Source: an uncultured bacterium
GTDB lineage: Bacteria; Acidobacteriota; Thermoanaerobaculia; Multivoradales; JAHZIX01
Direction: 5' to 3'
Length of the DNA: 64,000 bases
Assembly (NCBI GenBank): GCA_965368975.1
Contig: CBDUPA010000009.1
Span: 64,001 to 128,000 of the forward strand
Shown here piece by piece: positions 62,214 to 64,000 of the stretch. Numbering within the stretch: the stretch's first letter is position 1; every line of letters starts with the position of its first letter. The notes below the pieces were generated by a model. It had not been told where the DNA came from. It did no database searches and saw only the letters and a program-made list of their open reading frames with translations. The position numbers and the translations under genes were made by a program.

Positions 62214-64000
62214 CTACCCCGAGGGTGGGGCTGCCTCGTCATAGCCGATGCGGTCCGTGAGGATGATCCGAAGCTCACTGGTATAGCGCTGACCGTCCGC
62301 GTCCGGCAACCACGTCTCGTGCAGATCCGGCGACATCTCCGCCATCTTGACCTTGGTATCTTCCCCCTTGAGCAAGGTGGCGCGGATCGCCTTGGTCATC
62401 AGCTCGACGTAAATGAGGCTCGAAAAGTCGACGTAGATCGGCTTCAGCTCGGTAGCTACACGGAAGAACACGCGCTGCGGCAGCCCGTGACGACGCCACC
62501 AGTCGCGCGCACCGGCAAAGCGCGCGGCGGGCGTCGCGGCGTGCACGAAGTCCATGTCACGACCCTCGAACACCCAACTTTCCCGGTGCGCGATCAGGTT
62601 GTCCAGCCACACGCGCGGCCAGTGATCAGCGGCTCCCAGGATGTTGCAGCGACTGACGATCCCGTAGGTCAGGAAATGGGCCAGTGCCTCGGTGATGTCG
62701 AGGTCCACGTCGTCGTCGACCAGGGAGCGCAGGCGGACGCCGGCGTCGGTCTTGACCACCACCAGATCTTCGGGCTCCAGACGCTGCTCGGCCGGGATGT
62801 CCGTGGATCGCCCGATCGAGGCCACCACGCGATCTCGCCGCGGGACGATGATCGGGCCGAAGCGGGTGATGTAGTCCGAAGCGGTCGGGCCCGTGATGTG
62901 GAACTTGCCCAGCTGCAGGTCGCTTTCCAGCAGCCCTTTCACCGCTTCGATGTCCGGATGTTGCGCGCCGAACAACCACACACTGAGCGAGTTGTAGGCA
63001 ATATGCAGCTCGCCGAGCACGGCGTGAAAGTCGCCGCGCGCCAAAGCTTCGGCACTCTCGGCGGCGAGCATCACGTCCGGAGAGAGGTAGCGGGCACCTT
63101 CCCAACCCGGAAGGTCGGCGGCAAAGGCCTCCTCGACGCGGGCGCGTAGGTCCGCTGAATTGCGCCGGATCTCCGTGACGGGATCGTTCGGCTGAAGCTC
63201 TAGAATCTCCTGCCAGCGGCGCTGATACTCGCTCACCACGTCCTTGGAAAAGGCGTTGACGTTGTCGTTACTGAGCTGCATCGACATCGGTGGCCAGAAG
63301 CTGGCCACGGGCACCTCGTCTCCATGGAAGAGCGAGAGTTCACGCAGCACCGGCTCGATGACCTGGCGCATGGCGTCGGCGACCTCGCGGGTGAGCCAGC
63401 GCAGACTGAAGAGAATCAACGACAGCGGCTCGGCGATGGTGTTGCGCACCTGCGGCCCCAGCTCGACGACCCCGGCGCGCAGACAGTCCTCGTAGGTCAA
63501 GGTGCGGGCGGCGTAGTCCTCGCCTGCACCCCGCGTCGGCGCCGTATCGGTCAGGCGAGTGAACGTCTTGGCGAGATCTTGGATCGCCGCTTCCAAGCGT
63601 GCCGGATCGCCCGCCGCTTCGGCAATGGCGCGGCGCCCTTGTTCGAACTCGTCGATCCGCGCCAGGCACCGGGCACGTAGCTCCGGGTCACCGAAGCTCT
63701 CGACCTGGTCGCGCACGGCGTCGAGAGTGAACGGCCCGGCCGGCAGCACGAAGTCCCAGCCCAGCGAACCTTCGCGGCGGAAGTGGTCGAGTTGTTCCCG
63801 GACCTCCTCCGGCGTGGTGTAGCCACATTCCGGGTCGGCAGCCAGATCCTGACACAGCTGCCAGGCGGTCCGTTCTCCGTCCAGGGCGTCGAGCAGCGCG
63901 ATCTGATCGTCGTCGACCAGCAATGCCGGCCCCATCGGGTGGATCAAGCGACCTTCGTCGTCGATCGTGTGCAGAGGCAGCAGCTGCGGCCGCAGCCAGG
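62214..64000 (-). CDS. Stand-alone LanB glutamylation-domain protein (PEARL-like), copy 1 (5' end beyond the window)
   Basis: YEDC, SPD, GELH, KPIYVDF, EMSP..WLPDADGQRYTSELR; frame open to the window edge. Confidence 0.85.
   Translation of the reverse strand, partial: WLRPQLLPLHTIDDEGRLIHPMGPALLVDDDQIALLDALDGERTAWQLCQDLAADPECGYTTPEEVREQLDHFRREGSLGWDFVLPAGPFTLDAVRDQVESFGDPELRARCLARIDEFEQGRRAIAEAAGDPARLEAAIQDLAKTFTRLTDTAPTRGAGEDYAARTLTYEDCLRAGVVELGPQVRNTIAEPLSLILFSLRWLTREVADAMRQVIEPVLRELSLFHGDEVPVASFWPPMSMQLSNDNVNAFSKDVVSEYQRRWQEILELQPNDPVTEIRRNSADLRARVEEAFAADLPGWEGARYLSPDVMLAAESAEALARGDFHAVLGELHIAYNSLSVWLFGAQHPDIEAVKGLLESDLQLGKFHITGPTASDYITRFGPIIVPRRDRVVASIGRSTDIPAEQRLEPEDLVVVKTDAGVRLRSLVDDDVDLDITEALAHFLTYGIVSRCNILGAADHWPRVWLDNLIAHRESWVFEGRDMDFVHAATPAARFAGARDWWRRHGLPQRVFFRVATELKPIYVDFSSLIYVELMTKAIRATLLKGEDTKVKMAEMSPDLHETWLPDADGQRYTSELRIILTDRIGYDEAAPPSG

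Noticed and set aside
60245-62260. Long antisense ORFs (671 aa here; also 37955-39259, 43723-45066, 23486-24823 and others)
   Set aside because: Shadow frames of real high-GC genes on the opposite strand, with no recognisable motifs.
54537-64000. Classical class I lanthipeptide cluster
   Set aside because: The proteins end without an elimination domain, and no LanC, LanT or Ser/Thr/Cys-rich precursor is visible; sequence beyond 64000 is unseen.

Overview
GC-rich bacterial chromosomal window. The gene repertoire (GWxTD/VWA secreted proteins, mglBA, PEGA protein, kinase-AAA fusion) suggests Acidobacteriota, possibly Thermoanaerobaculia; this is inference. Most of it is housekeeping: pepT, comEA, eno-ftsB, apgM, acs, mglB-mglA, yvcK-glmU, gluQ and gap-pgk-tpiA-secG-tRNA-Leu(GAG). 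The standout is at the right edge: at least four tandem paralogous LanB glutamylation-domain-only proteins with no elimination domain, i.e. PEARL (peptide aminoacyl-tRNA ligase)-like enzymes. The last is translationally coupled (TGATG) to an unusually divergent GAPDH/Epd-like gene heading the glycolytic operon; the cluster runs off the window and no precursor peptide is visible. Other notable items: a sigma54 two-component system with two consensus-like -24/-12 promoters and a secreted His/acid-rich target, a PptH-like metallophosphoesterase coupled to an S51 peptidase with a histone-like tail, a radical SAM/SPASM-double methyltransferase fusion, four Ig-VWA paralogs around gluQ, a GT2 coupled to a Ser-rich PEGA protein, a DnaA-box cluster in a ~900-bp intergenic region, and GTAG-type REP elements. 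All calls rest on motif recognition by eye; no database searches were run.
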